This document shows positions 31,691 through 41,804 of a stretch of DNA of 64,000 nucleotides, piece by piece (position 1 is the first letter of the stretch; every line of letters starts with the position of its first letter). The notes beneath the pieces are model-generated. The model did not search any database. It was not told the DNA's origin and saw only the letters and a program-made list of their open reading frames with translations. A program made the translations under genes and the position numbers. The stretch spans positions 416,001 to 480,000 of the forward strand of contig CAVTHK010000013.1 of NCBI GenBank assembly GCA_963734495.1, read 5' to 3'. The stretch is from an uncultured Spirochaetota bacterium (GTDB lineage: Bacteria; Spirochaetota; Spirochaetia; SZUA-6; CAVTHK01).

Positions 31691-32263
31691 ATGAGACGGA
31701 CCACGTCCCGCCTCGTTGTCATCGCGACGGCAGCGCTGACGCTCCTCGCGATGTCCGCCTGGGCCTCGCCGTCCTCGGAAGCAGGCACGGCAGGGCCGGT
31801 GAAGGTCGTCATGACTACGGGCAAGGACGCGAGCGGGGCCAACCCGCAGATCGTCGCCAAGTTCAATGCGGCGCACAAGGACATCCAGATCGACTACCAG
31901 GAGATGCCGCCGTCGACGACCGAGCAGCACGACAAGTACGCGACGGTGTTCGCGGCCAAGGACCCGAGCATCGACGTCATCTCGGCGGACATCCCGTGGG
32001 CGCCGGAGTTTGCCTCGGCCGGCTGGCTCCTCGAGCTCGAGAAGCAGCCGGGCTACGAGGACATCCGCAACGAGTACTTCGAGGGGCCGCTCCTGGGGAC
32101 CACGTACAAGAACCACGTCTACGCGATCCCGTGGTTCAACAACGCGGGGGTCCTGTTCTACCGCAAGGACATCCTGGAAAAGGCCGGCATCAAGCCTCCC
32201 GAGACGTACGAAGAGCTGGTGATCGCCTGCCAGAAGCTGCAGAAGCAGGACCTCCACGGGTTC
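31691..32263 (+). pseudogene. Carbohydrate ABC substrate-binding protein, N-terminal half only
   Basis: Signal peptide, 'DVISADIPWAPEFASAGWL', 'YAIPWFNNAGVLFYRKDIL', 'PETYEEL'; similarity ends abruptly after 'QDLHGF'. Confidence 0.8.
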
Positions 32264-32741
32264 GATCGTGGCGCCGCTCTACCTATGGTTCAGCAACCTG
32301 CGGATCATCAACACCTACGCGGCGCTGGTTCTCCCGTACGTGACCTTCAGCCTGCCGCTCTGCATCTGGACGCTCACCGCGTTTTTCCAGGAGCTCCCGC
32401 TCGACCTGGAGGACGCGGGCAAGGTGGACGGGGCGACGCCGCTGCAGACGTTCCTGCGCATCATCGTGCCGCTCGCCGCGCCGGGCATATTCACCTGCGC
32501 CATCCTGATCTTCATCTACGCCTGGAACGAGTTCCTGTTCGCGCGCACGTTCATGAACCGGGAGACGTCGTACACGATCACGGTGGCGCTGCAGATGTTC
32601 CAGGGCATGGGCGAGGAGCAGATCCCGTGGGGGCAGATCTCCGCCGCCTCCGTGATCGTGACGCTGCCGCTCGTGCTCGTGGTGCTGCTCTTCCAGAAAC
32701 GGATCGTGTCGGGCCTCACCTCGGGAGCGATCAAGGGGTAG
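32262..32741 (+). pseudogene. Carbohydrate ABC permease (MalG-like), C-terminal part only
   Basis: Starts mid-protein at 'IVAPLYLW'; EAA-like loop 'LEDAGKVDGAT', 'AWNEFLFA', 'QKRIVSGLTSGAIKG'. Confidence 0.85.
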
Positions 32742-32956
32742 AAGTCCGCTCGATCTTCGACGGGCCGCCGTTCGCGCCGCCTGGGCAGGCCCGTGGCGGC
32801 CGGCCGCGAACGTACCAGCGGCCTCGCGGCGACGGCACCGTGCTGGCTAACTTCATCTATATAAACAAGATAGGGCCAAAATCGCCCGCACCCACGGAAG
32901 CACGCCGTGGACCCGATTGCCCAGAGACCGCAATGCCCATTATGGTGTATGTTGCC

Positions 32957-33991
32957 ATGACTCGGGCGAGCCCATCATTCAACGGCTGGGAAACAGTCCG
33001 CTACGAGCTGCTCAAGACGCGCATCTGCGACCTCGGGCTCTCGCTCCGCTCGACCCGGCTCGCGCCGTTCCTTCAGCAGCTGTACCGGGAGCTCGAGGCT
33101 CGGAAGCTGCGCTTCAAGCCCCCCTTCTACCTCACCGACAGCTGGGGCTGCCCGGACCGCGTCCCGGTGATCGGGGTCCCGTTCTACCTCGCCGACGACC
33201 GGCTGGCGCGGATCGAGGAGGAGCAGACCGGGGAGGTGGAGGACCCGCACTCCATCATGATGCTCCTCCGTCACGAGGCCGCCCACGCGTTCAACTACGC
33301 CTACCGGCTCTGGGAGAGGCCGGAGTGGTCGGGCACCTTCGGCTCGTTCTCGCAGCCGTATCACGACGTGTTCGAGCCGAACCCGCGCAGCCGCGACTTC
33401 GTCCGCCACATCACCACCCACCACTACGGCCCGACCTACGCGCAGAAGCATCCCGACGAGGACTTTGCCGAGACGTTCGCCGTGGTGATCACGCCGCGTT
33501 CGGGGTGGCGCAGAAAGTACCGGATGTGGCCGGTCTACCGCAAGCTCGAGCTCGTCGAGCGGCTGATCCGCGAAATCGGGCCGCAGGCTCCCCTGGTCAC
33601 CGACGGCATGCTCTGGAAGCCCCTCGACCAGCTCGAGATCACGCTGGCCGAGCACTACGGCGAGCGGATCGAGCACCTGCGCGCCGCGGCCCAGGGCTAC
33701 GTCGACGACAGGCTGCGCGAGGTCTCCACCGTGCGCCGCGGGGCCGCGGCCGTGCCGCTCGCCGGCGTCCTGCGCAGGCACCGCCGGCGGCTCGCCGAGC
33801 GCATGGTGCGCTGGTCCGCCCTGCGCGAGGAGGACGCGCTGGCCATCCTCTCCAAGCTCGAGGAGCGGGCGAACGCCCTCGGCCTCGAGTTCCCGGCGAA
33901 GCGGCAGGACGAGTCGCTGATGGACCTGGCCGCCATGGCCACCGCGGCGGCGATGGACTTTGCCACGACGGGGCAGCTCCTCGACCACTAG
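32957..33991 (+). CDS. Putative zinc-binding metallopeptidase (HExxH, Peptidase_Mx-like)
   Basis: 'LLRHEAAHAFNYAY' and 'YAQKHPDEDFAETFA'. Confidence 0.8.
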   Translation: MTRASPSFNGWETVRYELLKTRICDLGLSLRSTRLAPFLQQLYRELEARKLRFKPPFYLTDSWGCPDRVPVIGVPFYLADDRLARIEEEQTGEVEDPHSIMMLLRHEAAHAFNYAYRLWERPEWSGTFGSFSQPYHDVFEPNPRSRDFVRHITTHHYGPTYAQKHPDEDFAETFAVVITPRSGWRRKYRMWPVYRKLELVERLIREIGPQAPLVTDGMLWKPLDQLEITLAEHYGERIEHLRAAAQGYVDDRLREVSTVRRGAAAVPLAGVLRRHRRRLAERMVRWSALREEDALAILSKLEERANALGLEFPAKRQDESLMDLAAMATAAAMDFATTGQLLDH

Positions 33992-34070
33992 CCGGGACGC
34001 GCCGCGGGCGACGCGCGGGCGCGCGGCGCCGCGGGCGAGCGCGGCCGCGGGCGAACGCGGCCGCCCGTCG

Positions 34071-35159
34071 TCAGCCGGCCGGGGCCCCCGGCGGCGGGAC
34101 CGCGGAGCCGAGCATCGGGACAAGCGGGTCGTACGGCGGGCCCTCGAACGCGGCCTTCACGATCATGCGCAGGAGCTGCGGGTAGGAGATGCCGGCCGCC
34201 GCGGCCGAGCGCGCGAGCGCCACGCCCTCTTCGAGGCTCGGGTTGCAGTTGACCTCGAGGACGCGGGGATTGTCCCTCGCGTCGAGCCTGATGTCGACCC
34301 TGCCGTACCCCCACCCGCCCACGATGCGGAACGCCCGCAGGGCCATCGCGCCGATCTCGCGGGCGAGCTCCGGCTCGACGACAGCCGGGCAGCGCACGCC
34401 CGTCTTTTTGTACTCCTCGGACGACTCGATGAACTTGGCGGCGTAGGACATGATCGGCGGGATCTCGGGCGGCAGGCGCGAGTAATCGACCTCGGCGAGC
34501 GGAAGCACGCGCATGCGGCGGCCCCCGAGCACGCTGACATTGAACTCCCGGCCGGGCAGGAAGCTCTCGGCCAGGGCAGGCTGGTGGTAGGTGCGGATGA
34601 CGTGCGCCGCGCGCTCCCGCAGCGCCTTCTTCGAAGAGACCACCGAGTCGCGGTCGAGCCCCACCCCGGCGTGCTCGCGGCTGGGCTGCACGATGACCGG
34701 GAACTGCCACTTGCGCCCGTCCACGTCGACGAGCCGCTCCAGCAGCGACGTCTGCGGCGGGATCGGGACGCCGACGCCCTGCAGGATGCTCGCGGCCAGG
34801 TACTTGTCGCTGTGCAGCCCGAGGGCCAGCGCCGGCGAGCCGGTCACCGGGTAGCCCATCATCCGCACGATCGCGGCGAGGCGCATCTCGTACGCGGCGC
34901 CGTGCACGACGTCCTCGTACTGGTTGAAGACGACGTCGGGCGAGAGGCGCCGCAGCCTGCGCTGAAAGTTCAGCAGGTCGCGGTGCAAAGGGAGGATGAC
35001 CACGTCGCAGCCCGTCGTGCGCAGGGCGCGCGCCATCTGCCGGATGACGACCTTGAGCTCGGCCGTGCCTCCGTGGTCTCCCGGCTTGTCGGGCATCGAG
35101 CCGGTGTCGCTGTTGTAGATGAGCACGACCCGCAGGCGCGTGCGCGGCTTTCTCGCCAT
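34071..35159 (-). CDS. D-Ala-D-Ala ligase-like ATP-grasp enzyme
   Basis: 'DVVFNQYE', 'TGSPALAL', 'FPVIVQP', 'FLPGREFNV', 'GYGRVDIRL', 'LEVNCNP'. Confidence 0.85.
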   Translation of the reverse strand: MARKPRTRLRVVLIYNSDTGSMPDKPGDHGGTAELKVVIRQMARALRTTGCDVVILPLHRDLLNFQRRLRRLSPDVVFNQYEDVVHGAAYEMRLAAIVRMMGYPVTGSPALALGLHSDKYLAASILQGVGVPIPPQTSLLERLVDVDGRKWQFPVIVQPSREHAGVGLDRDSVVSSKKALRERAAHVIRTYHQPALAESFLPGREFNVSVLGGRRMRVLPLAEVDYSRLPPEIPPIMSYAAKFIESSEEYKKTGVRCPAVVEPELAREIGAMALRAFRIVGGWGYGRVDIRLDARDNPRVLEVNCNPSLEEGVALARSAAAAGISYPQLLRMIVKAAFEGPPYDPLVPMLGSAVPPPGAPAG

Positions 35160-35222
35160 GACTTTGCCCTTATTATAACCAGAACGCGCGGCAGGGTCCG
35201 CCGACGGGCGACTGCGCGGCCC

Positions 35223-36509
35223 CTACAGCGCCCTGCTCGCCTTGATCGCGAAATAGGCGCTCGCGAGAGCGGGCGCCAGCTCCGCGGGGGTCACGTCCAG
35301 GCTCAGCAGCCCCGCCGCGCGCAGCAGCTCGATGTCGCGGCGCCTCCGCCCGAGGACGAGGCGCGCGGCCGAGACCCGCAGCGCCGAAGCGAGGTCGACG
35401 GGCTCCTCGGCGGGGAGGGCGTCGAGCGACGCCTCGCGGAGCGCGGCGAAGAGCACCAGGTGCCGCCGCGCGAGCGCTCGCGCGGCAGGCACGAGCCCGG
35501 GGGCCGCGCCGCCGGTGTTGCTGACGAGCACGATGAGCGAGCGCTTGCGCAACCGCGAGGCGACGTCCTCGAGCGCCTGGGCCGGGTCCGAGGCGTACAC
35601 CGTCGGCTCGATGTCGTAGGTCGCGTCGAGCAGCCGGTTCACGGCGGCCGCGCCCCTGCGAGGCGCCAGGCGGAGATCGACGCCGCCAAAGGTCGCGAGC
35701 CCGACGCTGTCACCCTGCCGGAGCGCCACGTGCGACAGCAGCAGGACCGCGTTCAGGGCATGGTCGAAGTGCGCCAGCTCGTCGTCCTTGGCGCGCATGC
35801 GCCTCCCGCAGTCGAGCAGGAGCATGACCTGCTGGCCCTGCTCGTCCTGGTACTCGCGCGCGATCAGCTGCAGGCGCTTCGAGGTCGCCTTCCAGTCGAT
35901 CTGGCCGGGCGGATCGCCGGGCCGGTATTCCCGGAGCTGGTGGAACTCGAGCCCGGTCCCTCGCCTGCGGCGCTTGTGGATCCCGAGCTGGTCCACACGC
36001 TGCCCCGCGGCGAGCAGGGAATAGCGCATGAGCGAAGCGAAGTCGGGGTAGACCCGCACATCCTGCGGCTGTCCGCAGGTCATGCGCCTGTGCCACAGCC
36101 CGAGCGGCGAGGCGGCCAGCACGGCCACGCCCTCGAAGCGTGCCCGGCCGCGGGCCACCGGAACCGCGCGGTAGTCGAGCCGCGCGACGGCCGTGGACGG
36201 GAGGAGGACCCTGATCGGAAGCCCTTCGGTCCTGAGACAGTCAGGGTGGTGATCGTGGACCAGGAGCCGGCAGGCGCGCGCGGAGCGCGAGCGCAGCGTC
36301 AGGCCGACCGTGACGTGCACCCCGAGGGCGAGCACCGGGGCGACGTCGCGCGTCACCTCCGGCCCGCGCATCATGCAGGCGAGGACGAAGTCCGCGGCGA
36401 GGGCAAGGCCCGCGGCCGCGGCGGCCGGCGCCCAGAGCGAAGGCCACGGGAGGAGCGCCAGCAGCGCGAAGGCGCCGCAGACGCCGAGCGCCGCCGGCGA
36501 AGGCCTCAT
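35223..36509 (-). CDS. DUF58 / vWA-like domain protein
   Basis: 'GLEFHQLREYRPGD...IDWKATS', 'LLDCGRRM'. Confidence 0.9.
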   Translation of the reverse strand: MRPSPAALGVCGAFALLALLPWPSLWAPAAAAAGLALAADFVLACMMRGPEVTRDVAPVLALGVHVTVGLTLRSRSARACRLLVHDHHPDCLRTEGLPIRVLLPSTAVARLDYRAVPVARGRARFEGVAVLAASPLGLWHRRMTCGQPQDVRVYPDFASLMRYSLLAAGQRVDQLGIHKRRRRGTGLEFHQLREYRPGDPPGQIDWKATSKRLQLIAREYQDEQGQQVMLLLDCGRRMRAKDDELAHFDHALNAVLLLSHVALRQGDSVGLATFGGVDLRLAPRRGAAAVNRLLDATYDIEPTVYASDPAQALEDVASRLRKRSLIVLVSNTGGAAPGLVPAARALARRHLVLFAALREASLDALPAEEPVDLASALRVSAARLVLGRRRRDIELLRAAGLLSLDVTPAELAPALASAYFAIKASRAL

Positions 36510-37519
36510 TCGCGCGGCGCCTCGACGGAGCCCAGCAGGTCGGCGATGAGCGCATCGGGCTTGTGGCCCTCGATCTCCATCTCCGGCGACACGACGACCC
36601 GGTGGCGGAGCGCCGGGAGCGCCACGGCCTTGACGTCGTCGGGAACGATAAAGGTCCTCTCCTCGAGCAGCGCCCGCACGCGGGCGGCCCGCACCAGGGC
36701 CAGGCTCCCGCGCGGCCCCGCACCCGTGGCGATCCCCGGCCACTCCCGGCTGCGGCGCACGATGCGCACCGCGTAGTCGACGACGCGCGGCGCGGCGCTG
36801 ACCCGGGCGGCCGCCTTCTGGATCCCGACGACGTCCTGCGGGCTCGCCACCGTCGCCACCGCCTCCAGCGGGAGATCGTCGCCGATGCGGCCCCCGGTCA
36901 CCCGCTCCACCATGGCGGCCTCCTGCTCGGCGCTCGGGTAGTCGATCTGGATCTTCAGCAGGAAGCGGTCGAGCTGGGCATCGGGCAGGGGGTAGGTCCC
37001 TTCGTGCTCGAGCGGGTTCTGCGTCGCCAGCGTCATGAACGGCGGCGACAGCGGGATCGACTCGCCCTCCAGGCTGACCTGCCGTTCCTGCATCACCTCC
37101 AGGAGCGCGGCCTGCGTCTTGGCGGGGGCCCGGTTGATCTCGTCCGCAATCAGGAGGTTCGTGAACACCGGCCCCCTGCGCGTCTCGAAGACGCCGCTCT
37201 TCATGTTGAACATCACGTGGCCCGTGATGTCGCTCGGCATCAGGTCGGGCGTGAACTGGACGCGGGCGACGCGGCCCCCGAAAGCTCGCGCCACGGAGCG
37301 CACCAGGAGGGTCTTGCCGAGCCCCGGCAGCCCCTCGACGATCACGTGGCCCGAGGCGAAGAGCCCGATCAGGACCTGGACGATCACTTCGTCCTGGCCG
37401 ACCACGCTCTTGCGGACTTCGGCCGTGATGGACCTGGCGAGCTGGGCACAGCGCGCGATCTCCCCGGCCGCGCCGGGGTCGCTCGATGCGGGCTGATTCT
37501 TCGGTTCCGTTTCACTCAT
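36506..37519 (-). CDS. moxR: MoxR family AAA+ ATPase
   Basis: 'EGLPGLGKT', 'QFTPDLMPSDITG', 'ADEINRAPAKTQAALLE', 'ATQNPLEHEGTYPLP'. Confidence 0.95.
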   Translation of the reverse strand: MSETEPKNQPASSDPGAAGEIARCAQLARSITAEVRKSVVGQDEVIVQVLIGLFASGHVIVEGLPGLGKTLLVRSVARAFGGRVARVQFTPDLMPSDITGHVMFNMKSGVFETRRGPVFTNLLIADEINRAPAKTQAALLEVMQERQVSLEGESIPLSPPFMTLATQNPLEHEGTYPLPDAQLDRFLLKIQIDYPSAEQEAAMVERVTGGRIGDDLPLEAVATVASPQDVVGIQKAAARVSAAPRVVDYAVRIVRRSREWPGIATGAGPRGSLALVRAARVRALLEERTFIVPDDVKAVALPALRHRVVVSPEMEIEGHKPDALIADLLGSVEAPRE

Positions 37520-38613
37520 GACGTGCGCCGTTCCCTTTCCATGGAGGCTACCGCCTCGACGAATCGCTTTTCCGGCAACCGTGCCGGGGTCTTCGCGGAG
37601 GAAGCGAGCTCGGCCGGGGCCGGCCCGGACCGGACCGGGCGCCGGCGCCGCAGGTCGCGCTCGAGGGACTCCCTCACGGCGGCGAGGAGCGCGTCCGCGT
37701 GCCGCGTGCGCCACAGGAAGCGACCCGTAGCTTCGACGTGCTCGCGAAGGCTGCGCCGCGGCGGCTCCCCGGCCCCGAGGACCGGCCCGAGCCGGGAGGC
37801 ACCCCGCCACACGAACGCGGCAAGCAGGCAGAAGACCCCGATGAGGGCGGCCGGCCTGGCGCGCCAGAGGACGGCCAGCAGGCCGGGGGCATCGTCGGAG
37901 GCGACGATAGTCACCGCCTTCCCGCCGGCGGCCTCCGTGACGAGGAGCCAGGCGAGGAACGCGTTGTCGTCCTCGCCGATGAGGGTGTTCTCGAGGAAGG
38001 CAGACGACGCGAGGACGGTCAGCGAGCCTCGACCTGTATTGAAATGAAGGATCATGGCGTCTTTGCCCGCGGGCACCCGCCAGTCGGCCTTCGCGCTGCC
38101 CTCGCGGAGGAGGACGCCTGCGACGAGGCGCGCGGTGAGAGCGGACCGACGGCCGGGCCAGGCGACCCGCGACGCGCCGGCGCCCCCGAACCCTTCGGCA
38201 GGGCGCGTGCGCACGTCGAAGGCGGCGAGCAGCGCGTCCTCGGCCCCCGCGTCCGCCGCTCCCGACGCGCCCGCGTTGGCGGCGACGATGAGGTGCCCGC
38301 CTGCACGCGCCCATTCGATCAGCTCCGGCACCCTCTGTTCGAGCGACCTGCGCGCGACCGGAACCAGCAGCGTCGCACCGGGAGGCGGGAGCGCCCCGAG
38401 GGCCGCACCCGGCTGCACCGTCTCGGCGGCGAGGCCGAGGCGCCGCATCATCAGCTCCGCCGCGAGGTACGGGTTGGCCCTGGCTTCGGGTCCGGGGCCG
38501 GTCTCGATCCATCGGGTCTCTCGTGCGAAGCCGGTGCGAAAGGCCACGGCCGCCAGGCCGACCACCACGACCGCAATCGCGGTCGCCGCCGCAACGGCTG
38601 CCGTGCGTTTCAC
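37516..38613 (-). CDS. DUF4350-like membrane-anchored protein
   Basis: N-terminal TM, 'EARANPYLAA', 'GRGSLTVLA', 'DNAFLA', C-terminal TM then 'RLGP..RRSLREHVEA'; position in the MoxR cluster. Confidence 0.75.
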   Translation of the reverse strand: MKRTAAVAAATAIAVVVVGLAAVAFRTGFARETRWIETGPGPEARANPYLAAELMMRRLGLAAETVQPGAALGALPPPGATLLVPVARRSLEQRVPELIEWARAGGHLIVAANAGASGAADAGAEDALLAAFDVRTRPAEGFGGAGASRVAWPGRRSALTARLVAGVLLREGSAKADWRVPAGKDAMILHFNTGRGSLTVLASSAFLENTLIGEDDNAFLAWLLVTEAAGGKAVTIVASDDAPGLLAVLWRARPAALIGVFCLLAAFVWRGASRLGPVLGAGEPPRRSLREHVEATGRFLWRTRHADALLAAVRESLERDLRRRRPVRSGPAPAELASSAKTPARLPEKRFVEAVASMERERRTS

Positions 38614-40115
38614 CGCGCGCCCCCGATCATCCCGGCCGCCCGGCCGCGAAGCTCGTCGAATACCCGCCGCTCCGGCGCGTCCTGGCCATAGGCGGCGCGG
38701 GCCCAGGCCTGCGCAGCGCTCTCGAGCAGCGACTGCTCGGGTGAGCCGGGGACCAGGTCCCGGACCCGACGGACGCATTCGCCCTCGGTCAGGCTCGCAG
38801 GCAGGTCGATCCCGGCCCGCACCGCGATCGTCGCGAGCGTCCCCCGATAGAGGAGGCTCAGGGCGCGCAGCGAGTCGCCGGCTTCCCAGGCGCGGGCCGC
38901 GGCTCCTGGCCAGTCCCGGGGCAGAGGCTCGGGGCCGACGATCCGCGCGTCCGCGCCGCGCAGGGGCGCCGGCCCCGGCGCGGCAGCGCCGCGCCGCCGG
39001 AGCTGCCGCCGGCCGCGGTAGAGGAGCCACGCGAGCAGCACCGTCGCGCCGCCGCCGAGCACCCACGGGGCGGCGTCCGCGACAAAGGTCGCCACGACCG
39101 CAAGGGGCCCCGCATCGGAGCTGCCGCGGGCCGAGCTCGTCTGCGAGGAGCTCCAGCGAGGACGCCAGAAGACCTGCTGCCGCCGCCCGCCGAACTCCTG
39201 GTCGGCGAGGACCTCGGCGATCGCGCGGCTCACCCGCGCGGCGTCGTCGCTCCCGGGAGGCTGCGCGGGAGGCTGCGCCAGAGGCTGCGCCGGCGCCTGC
39301 GCGGCCGCGGCCCACAGCCCGGCCGCCAGCGCGAGCGCGGCTCCCGCCCGCCGCGGCGCGGGGCCACTGCCGCCGCGCGCCAGCCTGCGGGCCATCCGCC
39401 GGAACACGAGCTCGATGTCCCAGCCCTCCAGCGTCACGCGGCGGTTGATGTAGAGCGTGAACCCCGCGCAGACGACGAACGGCCTCATGAGCACGAACGA
39501 CGCGACCCACAGGCAGTAGGCCAGGGGGCCCGTCAGGCGCTGCAGCTCGCGAAAAGCGGCGAGAAACACATCCTCCACTACGCCCTGGCGGGCGACCTCG
39601 AAGACGAAGAACAGCGCGCCGAGCCATGCCGCGATCTCGAAGACGAGCATCGCAGCCGCGAGCCCCGACGCCGCCCATCGACCCGAGCGCGCCACCGCCC
39701 GCAGCCGCCGGGACAGCCCCGCGCCGGCGATGCCTTCGAGCTGACGCACGGGCGCGAGATAGCACCGCCACGGGGTGAGGCGCCTCCAGGAGAGGTCGCC
39801 GGCGAGGTGAGGCAGGAGGGCCGACGCGAGGCCGGCTCTCAGGGAAGAGACAGACGGAGACTCGCCCAGGAACAGCCGGCTCGCCAGGAGCAGCGGCAGC
39901 CGCTCGCACGCGGGCAGCAGCCACCAGAACGCAGCCATCGCGAGACCGGGCCATCGCGCCAGGAGAACGCCGCATGCCACGGCGACCGGGACCGCCGTGA
40001 CGGCGACGGAAAGCAGGAAGGCGGGGAAATGGCGCCGGGCCAGGGCAAGCCCGACGTCGACCGCCTCGGCGGCGGTGCGCTCACGAATGGCGACGCTGAT
40101 CCGCTCGTAGTCCAT
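38610..40115 (-). CDS. Membrane protein with C-terminal DUF4129-like domain
   Basis: 'GFTLYINRRVTLEGWDIEL', 'ALSLLYRG', 'SLTEGEC', 'WARAAYG'. Confidence 0.75.
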   Translation of the reverse strand: MDYERISVAIRERTAAEAVDVGLALARRHFPAFLLSVAVTAVPVAVACGVLLARWPGLAMAAFWWLLPACERLPLLLASRLFLGESPSVSSLRAGLASALLPHLAGDLSWRRLTPWRCYLAPVRQLEGIAGAGLSRRLRAVARSGRWAASGLAAAMLVFEIAAWLGALFFVFEVARQGVVEDVFLAAFRELQRLTGPLAYCLWVASFVLMRPFVVCAGFTLYINRRVTLEGWDIELVFRRMARRLARGGSGPAPRRAGAALALAAGLWAAAAQAPAQPLAQPPAQPPGSDDAARVSRAIAEVLADQEFGGRRQQVFWRPRWSSSQTSSARGSSDAGPLAVVATFVADAAPWVLGGGATVLLAWLLYRGRRQLRRRGAAAPGPAPLRGADARIVGPEPLPRDWPGAAARAWEAGDSLRALSLLYRGTLATIAVRAGIDLPASLTEGECVRRVRDLVPGSPEQSLLESAAQAWARAAYGQDAPERRVFDELRGRAAGMIGGAR

Positions 40116-41064
40116 GCGTACGCCCGCTCAAAGCGAGATATGCGCCGACGGCCACGGCCGCGACGACAGCCGCGGCGTACTTGACCGCGGGAGCCAGCGG
40201 CAGCGGCGACCAGAACGCCTCGATGACGGCCGCCAGCACGAGCATCGCGGCCGCGCCCGGCACCAGCGCGACGCATTCGCGGGCGGCCTTTCGCAAGGCG
40301 TCGCGGCGCGCGAGGCCGCCCGGCGACACCAGCGACCAGCCGAGGCGCAGGCCGGCCACCGCGAGGAGCACGGTAGCGCCGAGCTCCAGGGCGCTGTGGC
40401 CGCTCACGAAGGGAAAGAAGGTCCCGGAGAAGCCCCGGTTCACCAGGTGCCCCGTCACGGCCCCGAGAAAGACGCCGTTGTAGAGCAGGATGAGGATGCT
40501 CCCCACGCCAAAGAGGACCCCGCCGGCGAAGACCCGGAACCCGATGCTCGCGTTGTTAGCCACGTAGAAACCGAACATCTCGACGCGCGATCGGCTGTCG
40601 ACGGGACGGAGGAACGTCCTGGAGGCCGGGTCGTACATGGATTCGATCCGTCGCACGGCCTCCGGGTACAGGATCGAGTACACCAGCGCGGGGCTTCGGC
40701 GGACGGCGAGCGCGGTCGCGGCGATCGAGCCGAAGAACAGCGCAAAGGCGATCGCCAGCAGAGCCCAGTGCCGCCGTACGGTCGCGGGGAAGTCATGGGC
40801 GACCCACCGCGCGGCATCATTCCAGCTCACCGAGCGGCCCTTGTACAGCTGCTGATGGGCCCGGAGGGCAAGGCCGTTGAGACGCTCGACGAGCTGCACG
40901 TCGAAGAGCCGGTCGCGGGCGACCGACAGGTCGTCGCAGAGCTCCCCATAGAGCACGGGGAACGCGTCGGCCTCCCGCGTGTCGCGGCGCTCGAGGGCGC
41001 GGACCAGTTCCTCCGTCCGACGCCACCTCCCCTCGCCCGCCGCGCGGAACGTCTCCTGCCTCAC
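40081..41064 (-). CDS. Stage II sporulation protein M (SpoIIM)-like membrane protein
   Basis: 'MFGFYVANNASIGF', 'FVSGHSALEL', 'AAVIEAFWS'. Confidence 0.85.
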   Translation of the reverse strand: MRQETFRAAGEGRWRRTEELVRALERRDTREADAFPVLYGELCDDLSVARDRLFDVQLVERLNGLALRAHQQLYKGRSVSWNDAARWVAHDFPATVRRHWALLAIAFALFFGSIAATALAVRRSPALVYSILYPEAVRRIESMYDPASRTFLRPVDSRSRVEMFGFYVANNASIGFRVFAGGVLFGVGSILILLYNGVFLGAVTGHLVNRGFSGTFFPFVSGHSALELGATVLLAVAGLRLGWSLVSPGGLARRDALRKAARECVALVPGAAAMLVLAAVIEAFWSPLPLAPAVKYAAAVVAAVAVGAYLALSGRTHGLRADQRRHS

Positions 41065-41783
41065 GCCCCGCCTCCCCGCTGCCCGGTGATCCAGGACGCC
41101 AGGCCGGCGATCGCCGCCACCGGGTCGGTGCGCGCTTCGGGCCGCGCGTCCACCAGCGCGGCCACCGGCTCGGCGAGCTCGCGGGCGCGGCCTTCGCCGA
41201 GGAACGGCGCCCGCTCGGCGAACCGCACGACGGCCTTCTGCTCCATCAGCGTGAGGGCGACCGCCGGCGCCGCGGCCTGCGCGCCGCCCCGCGAAGCCGC
41301 CTGCCACACCGGCGCGCCGCCGTCGCGGTAGACCACGAGCGTCCCCGCCGCGAGGTCGCCGAGGCGGCGGAACCCGCGGGTCGCGAGCATCGTCACCAGT
41401 GCCGTCACGGGCACCAGGGGAAGCATGTCGGCCGCGCGCAGCAGGTTGCGGATCAGGGAAGCAGCCGCGTCCACCGGCAGCCCGCTGGCCCGCACGACCT
41501 GCAGCCGGAACAGCGCCTTTCCCGGCGTCGCCCCTCCGCGCAGCAGCTCGAAGGCCACCGGGTAGAACCAGGTCACAGCGAACGCCAGGACATACGAGAT
41601 GCCGCTTCCCACCGCGCCGCCGAACGAAAGGGGAACCACGAGGAGCAGCAGGAGGAGAAACTGCAGGAACGAGTCGAAGAGCCACGCGCCCAGGCGCGTG
41701 ACCGGACCGGCGGGCCGAAGCTCCAGGATCACGCCCTCGGGTGTCTCGACCGGGAAGACGGTGTCGAGGTAGGTCGAGGCCAT
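41061..41783 (-). CDS. RDD family protein
   Basis: 'VETPEGV', 'RLGAWLFD', 'GATPGK', 'IRNLLRAAD', 'RRLGDLAAGTLVV'. Confidence 0.9.
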   Translation of the reverse strand: MASTYLDTVFPVETPEGVILELRPAGPVTRLGAWLFDSFLQFLLLLLLVVPLSFGGAVGSGISYVLAFAVTWFYPVAFELLRGGATPGKALFRLQVVRASGLPVDAAASLIRNLLRAADMLPLVPVTALVTMLATRGFRRLGDLAAGTLVVYRDGGAPVWQAASRGGAQAAAPAVALTLMEQKAVVRFAERAPFLGEGRARELAEPVAALVDARPEARTDPVAAIAGLASWITGQRGGGA

Positions 41784-41804
41784 GGCGAGCGACCGGGGCG
41801 CCCT

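Noticed and set aside
31691-33991. 766-aa ORF appearing to fuse a solute-binding protein to a metallopeptidase
   Set aside because: The middle is an off-frame reading of the permease remnant and intergenic DNA, a by-product of the deletion in stop-poor high-GC sequence.
34071-35159. Housekeeping ddl or a VanA-type resistance ligase
   Set aside because: It lacks the N-terminal GGxSxE motif and the canonical loops, and there is no van or mur context.
39255-39303. 12-bp imperfect tandem repeat
   Set aside because: It encodes a low-complexity AQPP-type linker inside the DUF4129 protein and is unremarkable.
40081-41064. Sporulation capability inferred from the SpoIIM-like gene
   Set aside because: This family is widespread in non-sporulating bacteria within MoxR clusters, and no other spo genes are present.
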